Shown in pieces: positions 11,016 to 19,820 of a stretch of DNA of 64,000 nt (its first letter is position 1; each line of letters begins with the position of its first letter). Under the pieces are notes generated by a model that had not been told where the DNA came from, searched no databases, and worked only from the letters and a program-made list of their open reading frames with translations. Origin of the DNA: Spirochaetia bacterium (GTDB lineage Bacteria; Spirochaetota; Spirochaetia; UBA9216); assembly GCA_963677925.2 (NCBI GenBank), contig CAXXYH010000003.1, positions 608,001-672,000 of the forward strand, in the 5' to 3' direction. The position numbers were made by a program, and so were the translations under genes.

Positions 11016-11645
11016 TTATAGAAAGGGGTTGGACCTCTTTTCACGGCCTATTCTTGTTGAATTGCCATGCCCCGGGTATACCTTTGTATCTTCCGGCAGG
11101 AACAGAAGCTTCTCTCTGATTGAGCTGAAAAGCTTTTCACCGTCGGAGGTTGGAAAGTCGTATCGGCCAACCGAGCCTTCAAAGAGTGTATCCCCCGAGA
11201 ACATCAGTCTTTCATCCTCGCAGTAAAGACAGATCCCCCCCGGACTGTGACCGGGAGTATGAATAACTTTGAAGGTACTGCCGCCGATTTCAAGCTTCTG
11301 ATCATCGGAAAGGATAAGCTCTGCTACAGGGGCAGTTATATTCATCCCCATCTGGGAGGACATGTTCAGTGACGCATCAGACAGAAATGCGGCTTCCTGG
11401 GAATGGATAGCCGATTTAATTCCAGGAAATGCTTTTACTACAGCCTCGCCGCCTGCAATATGATCAAGATGCGCGTGTGTATATATAAGCAGTTCAGGCT
11501 TCAAATCCTTAGCCTTTAAAGCCTCTATCATTGGTTCAGGCTCAAAACCGGCATCGATGATCCAGCAGTTTTTCTGACCTTCAGGATAAACTACGTATGA
11601 ATTAACCATCCATGCGCCCAGTGTAAATTGTTCAACTTTGATCAT
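11016..11645 (-). CDS. MBL-fold metallo-hydrolase (glyoxalase II-like)
   Basis: THAHLDH, TPGHSPG, FSGDTLF, YPGHG, E..SNPFL. Confidence 0.93.
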   Translation of the reverse strand: MIKVEQFTLGAWMVNSYVVYPEGQKNCWIIDAGFEPEPMIEALKAKDLKPELLIYTHAHLDHIAGGEAVVKAFPGIKSAIHSQEAAFLSDASLNMSSQMGMNITAPVAELILSDDQKLEIGGSTFKVIHTPGHSPGGICLYCEDERLMFSGDTLFEGSVGRYDFPTSDGEKLFSSIREKLLFLPEDTKVYPGHGNSTRIGREKRSNPFL

Positions 11646-11660
11646 TTTTCAGGTACTCCT

Positions 11661-12041
11661 TTAATCAAGCAGTTTTCTTGAGACTGCAACGCTCATTACG
11701 TTCATCAGAATATCATCGGACATATCAAGCGCATAGTCATTTACACCTTCACTGATATATTTGAGATCTTCATCGGCAATCAGTCCAGATTTTTCATCAT
11801 ATTCGCCCTCAAACAGATCCACCACTGCGGCAAGCAGGGTTAACAGACTGTCGGCTTTGGAACGGTCTTCAGATGCTGTATTAACTGATTCACCGAAACG
11901 GTTATAAATATCCCAGCACAGGTCTGCAGGGATATTATCCAGAAAACTGAACAGAATTGCTCTTAGTTTTTCCGGCTCAAGCCTGCCCTCTTTTTTTATT
12001 CCTCTTTCCGCCTGTCTTATAAAATCATCTGAATATGCCAT
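11661..12041 (-). CDS. Hypothetical protein
   Basis: 126-aa helical ORF with GAGG RBS, in operon between HAD and MBL genes. Confidence 0.75.
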   Translation of the reverse strand: MAYSDDFIRQAERGIKKEGRLEPEKLRAILFSFLDNIPADLCWDIYNRFGESVNTASEDRSKADSLLTLLAAVVDLFEGEYDEKSGLIADEDLKYISEGVNDYALDMSDDILMNVMSVAVSRKLLD

Positions 12042-12058
12042 CTGCGCTTAGATTCCTC

Positions 12059-12742
12059 TCAATAAATAATATCTCTCAGTTCGCTGAGTTTTTTTATAAT
12101 ATAATCCGGTTTTATTCCATCCTGCAGAGGTGCATCATCAGGATTGAACCAGCAGCTGTTAATTCCTGCGTTTATGGCTCCCTGAATATCCGAAGAAAGG
12201 CCGTCGCCAATCATAAGAATACTGTCCGGAGCGGTGATTCCGGCCTTTTCCATAAGGATTCTGAAAATTTCAGGATTGGGTTTTGCAACACCTACTTCAT
12301 CAGAAATGATAAGCGGATTAAATATATTCTTAAGGGGGGAATTAGCCAGTCTTGCTCTCTGAACATCTGAAATACCGTTTGTTACAGAGGCTATTCTGAA
12401 CTTTTCAGCGGTTTCAAAGACTATCTCTTCAGCCCCATCTATCATGAAACCGCCCCTTCCAAGATTTTCAAGGTATACCCGGCTTACAACCGCCGCATCC
12501 CAGTTTAAATTGTGCAGGCTTCCGAATGTTTCAAACCTTTCTATACGCAGCTGTTCTGAAGTAATCTCACCCTTTTCATACCGCTGCCATGTTGCCTCAT
12601 TTACAACACGGTAGGATTCCTTAATTGCCTCAGAACTTTCCAATTCAAAATGACGAAATGTTTCATCAAGTGCGAAATTCTCGGCCATATTATAGTCAAA
12701 AACAGTATTATCCAGATCAAAGATCAGGAGTTTGAATTTCAT
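12059..12742 (-). CDS. YjjG-like HAD nucleotidase
   Basis: FDLDNT, TNG, AKPNPEIF, MIGDGLSSDIQG. Confidence 0.9.
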   Translation of the reverse strand: MKFKLLIFDLDNTVFDYNMAENFALDETFRHFELESSEAIKESYRVVNEATWQRYEKGEITSEQLRIERFETFGSLHNLNWDAAVVSRVYLENLGRGGFMIDGAEEIVFETAEKFRIASVTNGISDVQRARLANSPLKNIFNPLIISDEVGVAKPNPEIFRILMEKAGITAPDSILMIGDGLSSDIQGAINAGINSCWFNPDDAPLQDGIKPDYIIKKLSELRDIIY

Positions 12743-12793
12743 TCCCAGCTCCCCGTTGATTTACAGACTTACTTTAGTATAATATCGCGCTTA

Positions 12794-14065
12794 ATGAAAG
12801 ACCACAAACATGAAGTCGGGAATTTTGTACTTAATACGGCCGGGATCTCTACGGTTGAATTTTTCTGGGGACTCGGGCTGCCTCTTGTTCTTGAATCTAC
12901 ATTTCTTCAGCTCTTTTTAAAAGAACTGGGTGCCAGCAGTTTTCTTATCTCCTTTGTTCCCGGGTTTTTCTTTATAGGTCAGGCATTCTTCGGTCTGGTC
13001 TCAGCCTACAGAACCAGAGCACTGATTAAAAAAAGGCGCTCGGTACTGCTTTATCATCTTTACCCTGCGATTTTCATTTCCGGTTTCGGATTTTTTCTAT
13101 TAGTGACATCCGGATTTTCAAAATATACTCTGCCTGTGTTTTTCATAAGCTACGGAGTTTTCAATTTCGGAATAGGAATGGTCCTTCCTGTCTGGCAGAA
13201 TTACCTGGTTAAACTTTTTTCAGATAAAACGGTCCTCCCGGCACTTTCGGTGATGTTTATTGCTCAGACAGCCGGAAGACTGATAAGCAGTTTCCTGCTG
13301 GCCGGATATTTCACAGATAAAGATGTTACACCTGAATCATCTACAATACTGTTTCTGCTATGCGGTGCTTTATTCTTTTTCGGTTCATTCGGATTTCTGC
13401 TTACAAAAGAACCTGAAACGGAGGGCTCCAACGAAACCGGTGAAGCGGTGGAAACAGGCTTTTTCAAATACATTCTTAACTCTATCAGGATTATTATTAA
13501 AGACCGTAACCTTCTGAAATTCCTTTTCGGGGACCTGGAGCTCTATGCCATTATCACCGTACTGTCATTCTATGCTAATTATGCTGTTCAGTACCATGGC
13601 ATCTCAGCCGCCGCGGCAGCAGGTGTCTTTGTTGGAGTCTATTTCCTTGGACAGATAATCTCGAACGTGTTGCTGGGAAGTTTCAATCTGCTCAGCCTGA
13701 AAAACAAATGCATACTTTCACGTTTTTTCAGTGTACCCGGAATAATAATATTGATCTTCTGCACAAATATTGCGGGATTTCTGGCTGCAAGTCTGTTTCT
13801 TGGATTAGCAAGATCTATCAGGAGTCTTATCTATGCTCCGGCAATCAAAATTATTTCAGGAAAGCCTGATGCGACAAGTCATTTTGCTGCAGCACCTGTG
13901 CTCATGCTTCCGCTCAGTCTTGGAATATCTGTACTAAGCGGTAAGATGCTTGATATTCTTTCATATACAGGAGCTGATTCATACAGGATATTATTCGGTA
14001 TTCTTGCAGGATTGGCGGCTCTAAGCCTCCTCTTTATCATCCGTACTGATTTTAGATCCAGCTGA
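12794..14065 (+). CDS. MFS transporter
   Basis: About 12 hydrophobic helices in two bundles; start moved to ATG 12794 because the upstream part overlaps the divergent gene. Confidence 0.8.
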   Translation: MKDHKHEVGNFVLNTAGISTVEFFWGLGLPLVLESTFLQLFLKELGASSFLISFVPGFFFIGQAFFGLVSAYRTRALIKKRRSVLLYHLYPAIFISGFGFFLLVTSGFSKYTLPVFFISYGVFNFGIGMVLPVWQNYLVKLFSDKTVLPALSVMFIAQTAGRLISSFLLAGYFTDKDVTPESSTILFLLCGALFFFGSFGFLLTKEPETEGSNETGEAVETGFFKYILNSIRIIIKDRNLLKFLFGDLELYAIITVLSFYANYAVQYHGISAAAAAGVFVGVYFLGQIISNVLLGSFNLLSLKNKCILSRFFSVPGIIILIFCTNIAGFLAASLFLGLARSIRSLIYAPAIKIISGKPDATSHFAAAPVLMLPLSLGISVLSGKMLDILSYTGADSYRILFGILAGLAALSLLFIIRTDFRSS

Positions 14066-14338
14066 CCATTTATATTTCTGAGTTTTCCAGGCGGAATTTT
14101 TTAAACTTATTAATTCCATAATCGGCGACCTGCTGATTACTCTTACCTGAGGATCTGTATTTTTTAGTTCCGAAGCACAGGCCTTGCACATGGAAGCCAT
14201 ATCCGATTTATCCTTCTTCTCATAGTAGCGGAAGGAATACTCGCCCCATTTGTATTCAATTTTTTCACCGCACTTAATACAGTGCTCTTCATTTTTATCA
14301 GGTCGCCAAGTATTTGATAATACAAGAGTTTTTTTCAT
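14021..14338 (-). CDS. Hypothetical protein with two CxxC motifs
   Basis: CIKC...CKAC; start overlaps the upstream stop (ATGA). Confidence 0.6.
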   Translation of the reverse strand: MKKTLVLSNTWRPDKNEEHCIKCGEKIEYKWGEYSFRYYEKKDKSDMASMCKACASELKNTDPQVRVISRSPIMELISLKNSAWKTQKYKWSAGSKISTDDKEEA

Positions 14339-15654
14339 TCTGCAGCATCCTCCTCAAAAGACTTGCGGTATTTTGCAACTTCACGGTTAAGCCGTATCGC
14401 CTCAATAAACACAAATCCTCCGTCAAAGCTTCTTTTAATCATATTTTCAAACTTTCCGGCTACAGCTGGATAATCTGCAAAAACAGGGGCAGGTTCTTTA
14501 TGTGAGTTCAGGATTGTTCCGGCAATATCATACCACTGCTCCGGCAGCCCGGTCTCTTCCGGCTCTGTTGCCAGTACATTTTTCAATGCATCAGCTCTTA
14601 CAGGTAATTTCCCTGTTTGAGAAGAAAGATAAATCTGCTGAGCCTCTTCGGTAAGCCAGTGTATAAAGATCCACGAAGAAAGCTGCTCTCCTGCCTCACC
14701 TTTCATAATCGCCGCGGTCAAGTCGGCATCAAGCACAAAGCTGTTTCCCAGACGTCTTGACGGAACAGGAACCGCCGACCAGCCAAGTTCAGGATTAACA
14801 GATTTCAGCACAGTATCGTAGTATTTTAATGCCTCTATTCCTGCAAGAGAACAGAGCATAGTTCCTGAAATAAATGATGTTTGATTCTCATAAGAAGCAG
14901 CAGGATAGAGTACTGCGTTTCTTTTTATAAGACTTTTAACCAGACTGACAGCACCAATAACGGTTGGATTGTTAAAACTGTATGCAGAGCGATTTGGGCG
15001 AAGGATAGAACCTCCCCTGCCGTTTATCAGCGATACATATGACTGTGCATTAAGTTCTATTCCGAAAGCCGGGAACCCGGTTAATCGGCTGACTTTTTTA
15101 ACAAGCCGGCTGAAGAAAAACCATGTTCCGGGGAATTTTCCATATCCGGATTCTGCCAGAAGATCTTCATTAATAACAAGCACCCCTGCGTCCATTAGTA
15201 TCGGCACAGAACTGATCTTTCTGCTCCAGTCCCAGTAATCGGTCTGTCCCCTGACAACAGCATAAAAAGCCATTCTGCCGAACGGTTCTCCCCAGAGGGG
15301 GTGATAAAAAAAGGGCGAAAGCTCAGAGGTTTTTCCAGCTTTCAGCAGTTTTTCAGATTCAGAGGCTGAAGTCAGAATAATATTTGAATCTTCAGGGGCC
15401 GTATATACCGACCGTTTTTTGAGAATAACACGAATTCCGTATTCATTCTCATTGTTAAACCTTCCGACCAGCACATCTAAAGCATCCAGTTCGCTGGAAT
15501 AAAGATCATGCAGTACGGTTACTGCATCTGTGGAGGGTGATGATTCAGATAAAAAAGAATAATCTGGAAAAATTATTCCCGGGCTGCCGTTACATGAAAA
15601 TATAAACAGCGGGAGAATAAAAAGCAGTATCAGCTTTCTGAAGTAACATCGCAT
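14335..15654 (-). CDS. Extracellular solute-binding lipoprotein (ABC type)
   Basis: IFSC lipobox; NEDLL..G...PxTW, FISG, SSWIFIHWLT..Q...TGKLP motifs. Confidence 0.75.
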   Translation of the reverse strand: MRCYFRKLILLFILPLFIFSCNGSPGIIFPDYSFLSESSPSTDAVTVLHDLYSSELDALDVLVGRFNNENEYGIRVILKKRSVYTAPEDSNIILTSASESEKLLKAGKTSELSPFFYHPLWGEPFGRMAFYAVVRGQTDYWDWSRKISSVPILMDAGVLVINEDLLAESGYGKFPGTWFFFSRLVKKVSRLTGFPAFGIELNAQSYVSLINGRGGSILRPNRSAYSFNNPTVIGAVSLVKSLIKRNAVLYPAASYENQTSFISGTMLCSLAGIEALKYYDTVLKSVNPELGWSAVPVPSRRLGNSFVLDADLTAAIMKGEAGEQLSSWIFIHWLTEEAQQIYLSSQTGKLPVRADALKNVLATEPEETGLPEQWYDIAGTILNSHKEPAPVFADYPAVAGKFENMIKRSFDGGFVFIEAIRLNREVAKYRKSFEEDAAE

Positions 15655-16091
15655 TCCAGGGCACCCGTAATATCCAGCAGTCCTGCGAAGGAAACAGGAA
15701 CACCTGATGAATCGCTGCCTGCGGCAGGATATACTGTTTCATATTCCGCCAGACTTACATCAATATAGACAGGAATATCTGTTTTACGAAACGGACAAAC
15801 TTCACCCGGTCTGAAACCAAGTATGTCATAAAGCTCCTGGGCATTTGCCATTCTTGTCTTTGTTCCTGTTAAAGTCTTCAGTTTTGCAGTAGAAATCTTC
15901 TTGTCTCCGGCACAGACGACTAAATAAAAGTTGCCGTCCTTGCCTTTGAATAATATTGATTTTGCTATCTGCCCTACTGTTACTTTCAGCATCGATGCAG
16001 CAGTTTCTGCTGTAGGTGTACTTCCTTCCTCGAATTCAATAGCCTTGAGTCCGTTTGCCGAAAGGAATTCTTTTATATCAGCTGGAATCAT
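15630..16091 (-). CDS. YbaK/EbsC/ProX aminoacyl-tRNA editing family protein
   Basis: GQIAKSILF, GFRPGEVCPF, YPAAG. Confidence 0.88.
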   Translation of the reverse strand: MIPADIKEFLSANGLKAIEFEEGSTPTAETAASMLKVTVGQIAKSILFKGKDGNFYLVVCAGDKKISTAKLKTLTGTKTRMANAQELYDILGFRPGEVCPFRKTDIPVYIDVSLAEYETVYPAAGSDSSGVPVSFAGLLDITGALECDVTSES

Positions 16092-16196
16092 GGGTCAGAT
16101 TATAAATTAAAAACCCGACAGTTCAAAGCACCTTTTTATTGCGCAAAGCAGATATTCTGTTTATGCTGTAATTATAAATCTTTCAGAGGAGACCTT

Positions 16197-16475
16197 ATGC
16201 CTGAAAAGGGTGATATTTTCGATCTCGGTACTAATGAATATGTAGAATTCCTTGAAAATTTTGACGATCTTCATGATCTGGTTGGACATTATACAAGGGA
16301 TCCGGAAAACGCGCTGAAAGAAGTCAGAATACTCACACTGGTTCCTGTAAATTCTCTGGACGGCGAATACCGTAAAATCGGGCCCAATGAAAGAGAACGG
16401 CTGATGCATGTTTACAGGAATGCTTATCAGAAAAAATCTCCTGAATTCGAACGGCTGACAGGAACAGAGAAATAA
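16197..16475 (+). CDS. Hypothetical protein
   Basis: 92-aa ORF with strong GAGGAG RBS. Confidence 0.7.
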   Translation: MPEKGDIFDLGTNEYVEFLENFDDLHDLVGHYTRDPENALKEVRILTLVPVNSLDGEYRKIGPNERERLMHVYRNAYQKKSPEFERLTGTEK

Positions 16476-16498
16476 AACTACCCTAAATTCAGAAGATT

Positions 16499-17323
16499 CT
16501 ACATCAGAATTCCGCTGTAGTCTTTCCTGAATCCTTTGAGGATAGGAAGCTGTTCCCTGTAGCTGTAGACCTTATCGGTGTTTATTTCCCTGATTAAAAT
16601 TCCCTCATCCTCATCCAGCGAATCCATAACCTCACCCCATGGATCAGTTATTAGAGAATTCCCCCATGAGAGATATCCGGCATCGTGATTTCGGGCGGGA
16701 GCGCATCCAGCCATAAAAACCTGATTATCCACTGCCCGTATACGGAATGTCAGCTCCCAGTGTGCAGGCCCGGTAGTCATATTGAATGCTCCGGGAACGA
16801 TGATTGTGTGAGCACCCTGGACCGCCATTTCTCTGAACATTTCTGCAAACCTGATATCAAAGCAGATCGCCACCCCGATTTTACCGAACTCGGTATCAAT
16901 TACAGTTACCCTGTTACCGGGACTGAGGGTTTCGGATTCATGAAAACTGATTCCGCCCTCAATATCAACATCAAAAAGATGGAGTTTCCTGTGCCTTTCA
17001 ATAAGATCTCCATCCTTGTTGAAGCAGAAGCATGTGTTGAATATTTTTCCGTCGGAAGCTTTCTCAGGTATGGATCCGCCGATAAGCACTATTTTATAGT
17101 CGCTTGCAAGCCGTGATAATCTTTTTACCGTTTTACCGTTATCGGTTTCTGCATAATCTGGAAAACAGCTGTTATCATAAGGGCAATTAAACATTTCAGG
17201 CAGGACTACCACATCGGCTCCGGATTCTACGGCTGAGTCTATCATCTTCTCTGCATGTTCGAGATTCTTATCCTTGGAAGTTTCTACAAGCATCTGTATA
17301 AGTGCAAGGTTGAAAACAGACAT
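16499..17323 (-). CDS. Carbon-nitrogen hydrolase (Nit/omega-amidase-like)
   Basis: LPEMFNCPY, HRKLHLFD, AICFDIRF (E-K-C triad), TTGPAHWE. Confidence 0.93.
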   Translation of the reverse strand: MSVFNLALIQMLVETSKDKNLEHAEKMIDSAVESGADVVVLPEMFNCPYDNSCFPDYAETDNGKTVKRLSRLASDYKIVLIGGSIPEKASDGKIFNTCFCFNKDGDLIERHRKLHLFDVDIEGGISFHESETLSPGNRVTVIDTEFGKIGVAICFDIRFAEMFREMAVQGAHTIIVPGAFNMTTGPAHWELTFRIRAVDNQVFMAGCAPARNHDAGYLSWGNSLITDPWGEVMDSLDEDEGILIREINTDKVYSYREQLPILKGFRKDYSGILM

Positions 17324-17332
17324 ATTTACTCC

Positions 17333-17947
17333 TTATTTGGAAGCTATGACGGTATAATCATTTGAAAGATATCCGCTTATTATTTTTACCGAACCGGCAA
17401 ATGATGATGCAAGCTTTTCTGCCTCGGAAGGTTCAAAGTAGAAATAATTCTCATCCCTGTCCGGAGATGCGGGGTCCAGCAGGTTGAAAACAAAGTATTT
17501 ATCTGCCAGCCCGGCCAGAACAGGAACTGCAGCCCTTAGAAAGGCTTCATTATTGCCGGCATTCAGATTAAAAATGCCGGATACAAAGGTAACATCAAAG
17601 GAGGATCTACCGATAACATCCTCTGACTTAAAACCCTCATCAAAAATATCAGCTGCTGCAAAAACAGTTTCCGGATGCAGTTCCGATGCCCTGTCAGTCA
17701 TTTTCTTCAGTATGTCAACACCGAAATAATCAGCATTGACATCAATGGATTTCAGCCAGTCCAGAAGGTCTCCGCAGCCGCAGCCTACATCGAGTATCGA
17801 TTTTCCGTTCAAATCAATATTATCAGTAAGAATACTGAACCTTGTTTTCTGAGCCTCAGGGCTCTCCCAGTCAAGGATTTTTGAGTTTTCATTGAATTTC
17901 TCGATTCTGGGTTCGTAATGTTTTTTAAGTATCTCAATTCTTCCCAT
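17333..17947 (-). CDS. Class I SAM-dependent methyltransferase
   Basis: SILDVGCGCG, GVD, SGIFN; start moved to ATG 17947. Confidence 0.88.
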   Translation of the reverse strand: MGRIEILKKHYEPRIEKFNENSKILDWESPEAQKTRFSILTDNIDLNGKSILDVGCGCGDLLDWLKSIDVNADYFGVDILKKMTDRASELHPETVFAAADIFDEGFKSEDVIGRSSFDVTFVSGIFNLNAGNNEAFLRAAVPVLAGLADKYFVFNLLDPASPDRDENYFYFEPSEAEKLASSFAGSVKIISGYLSNDYTVIASK

Positions 17948-18081
17948 GACGATTAGTATAGCTCTTATATATTTTTTTTTCGAGTAATACAGCACGTAAT
18001 TATCCAAAGCTCTTAATCTTTCTTTTTTTATCGACTTTGAAGTTTTTTTTGTATATATTCATAGAAACGAGGTTATGAACA

Positions 18082-19317
18082 TTGCTTAAAATATATAACA
18101 CCATGGCCAGGGAGCTTGAGGAATTCAGGCCGAGGAATGGGAAAAACGTAAAAATATTTACATGCGGACCATCAATTTATCAGAAAGCTCATCTTGGCAA
18201 CTACAGAACCTTTCTTTATGAAGATCTGCTGGTAAGGTATCTCAAGTTCAGCGGTTACCATGTTGAACGGGCGATGAACCTTACTGATATTGAAGATAAA
18301 ACCATCTCGGAAGCTAAAAAGAAAGGTGTTGCAGTTCACGAGCTTACGGGCGACGTGCTTGCTATATTCAGAGACAGTCTGAACGGCTTTGATTTTGTTA
18401 TGCCGGAACACCTCATTCCAGCAACAGAAAGCATTGACTCCACAGTAAAAATTATTAAAACCCTTGTTGAGAAGGGAATTGCCTATGAACTTGACGGTGA
18501 TTATTTTTTCGATCCATTGAAAGTAGATAATTTCGGAAAACTTTTTCAGCTTGATATGAAACGCTGGCCTAAAGAGAAAAGGCGTTTCCGTCGTGATACC
18601 TATAACGGCAATAGATGGAACCTTGGTGATTTCATCCTGTGGCATGCAGACGGAGAAGAATACGGACCTGTCTGGGACACAGAAATAGGAAAAGGGCGTC
18701 CGTCCTGGAATATTCAGGATCCGGCCATTGTAGTAATGAGTCTTGGAGATCAGGTAGATATAAACTGCGGAGGTATTGATAATATTTACCGCCACCACGA
18801 TTACAATATAGCAGTAATGGAGGGATATTCCGGTAAAGACTATGCAAACTACTACATGCACGGCGAACACCTGGTAGTTGACGGAATTTCCATGTCCAAG
18901 AGCCGGGGCAATATCGTTTACCCTGAAGATCTTGTAAAAAAGGGTCACTCCTGGAAAGAGATCCGTTTTTTCCTCACCTACCGGCATTACCGGAAGAAGC
19001 TGAATTATACCGAAGAGCATTTTAATAAGACGGTTAAAATCCTGCATGATTTCAGGAACTCAATCGACTCGGTTAATGGCAGAGGAAAAAAAGACAGCAC
19101 TGCAGCAGGAGAACTGATAGATAATATCAATCCCGCCTTTTCAGAACAGCTTGATAAAGATCTTTCACTGGGCAAGGGTTTTGATGCTGTATACACCATT
19201 GTTAAGAAGCTTGAGAAAATATCAAAGGCAGAGGCTTTGTCTGAAAATCAGTTAAAAAGCCTTAAATCTGAACTGAAAAAAATTGACAATGTACTTAATG
19301 TAATCTACCCTACCTGA
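18082..19317 (+). CDS. Cysteinyl-tRNA synthetase-like protein (truncated, divergent active site)
   Basis: TCGP, HLGN (HIGH), SMSKS, HYRKKLNY; GRPSWNIQD and HHDYN replace GRPGWHIEC and HHENE; no C-terminal anticodon domain. Confidence 0.9.
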   Translation: MLKIYNTMARELEEFRPRNGKNVKIFTCGPSIYQKAHLGNYRTFLYEDLLVRYLKFSGYHVERAMNLTDIEDKTISEAKKKGVAVHELTGDVLAIFRDSLNGFDFVMPEHLIPATESIDSTVKIIKTLVEKGIAYELDGDYFFDPLKVDNFGKLFQLDMKRWPKEKRRFRRDTYNGNRWNLGDFILWHADGEEYGPVWDTEIGKGRPSWNIQDPAIVVMSLGDQVDINCGGIDNIYRHHDYNIAVMEGYSGKDYANYYMHGEHLVVDGISMSKSRGNIVYPEDLVKKGHSWKEIRFFLTYRHYRKKLNYTEEHFNKTVKILHDFRNSIDSVNGRGKKDSTAAGELIDNINPAFSEQLDKDLSLGKGFDAVYTIVKKLEKISKAEALSENQLKSLKSELKKIDNVLNVIYPT

Positions 19318-19351
19318 TATACAGAAATATGAATGAAGTAAAGGAGTTAGA

Positions 19352-19717
19352 ATGAATCTTAGCTATAAAAACATCATCTCTTATGTATGGGCAAGAGATC
19401 CTGAAAAAACTATTAATTTTTATACTGCAATTTTAGGTTTCAAAAAAGCATTTGAATCTGACGGATGGACTGAACTTGCGGTTCCGGGAACAACCAACAC
19501 CTACCTTGCAGTTAACAAGTGGAGCAAGGAAGGAACCTACCCGGTCAACGAGTTTCTGACACTCGGTATAGAAGACCTAGATGCATTCAAGGCTCACCTT
19601 GTTGCCGAAGAAGTTACACTTTACGGTGATATAGTGGATTTCCCCGAGCAGGATATGCGGATGCTTAAGTTTTATGATCCTGACAAGAATGTACTGACAG
19701 TATCTGAGGTAAAGTAA
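19352..19717 (+). CDS. VOC/glyoxalase family protein
   Basis: FYTAILGF, W.EL, F.DPDKN.L. Confidence 0.88.
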   Translation: MNLSYKNIISYVWARDPEKTINFYTAILGFKKAFESDGWTELAVPGTTNTYLAVNKWSKEGTYPVNEFLTLGIEDLDAFKAHLVAEEVTLYGDIVDFPEQDMRMLKFYDPDKNVLTVSEVK

Positions 19718-19743
19718 CAACTGAAACTGTTTTTATTAAATAG

Positions 19744-19772
19744 AAAGCTGCCTTTTATCAGGCAGCTTTTTT
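19744..19772. terminator. Intrinsic terminator between convergent genes
   Basis: AAAGCTGCCT-tttatc-AGGCAGCTTT stem plus T-run. Confidence 0.85.
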
Positions 19773-19811
19773 CTTGCCAGGACAAAGTAGTGTTTGCTGG
19801 TTTGGGTACTG
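19746..19811. repeat. 66-bp imperfect direct repeat, left copy
   Basis: 54/66 identical to 24019-24084 by manual alignment, including 21 contiguous identical nt. Confidence 0.9.
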
Positions 19812-19820
19812 TAGAAGGTA

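Noticed and set aside
18172-19047. 291-aa antisense ORF
   Set aside because: Shadow of the CysRS-like gene with no motifs; the same applies to most short overlapping ORFs in the track.
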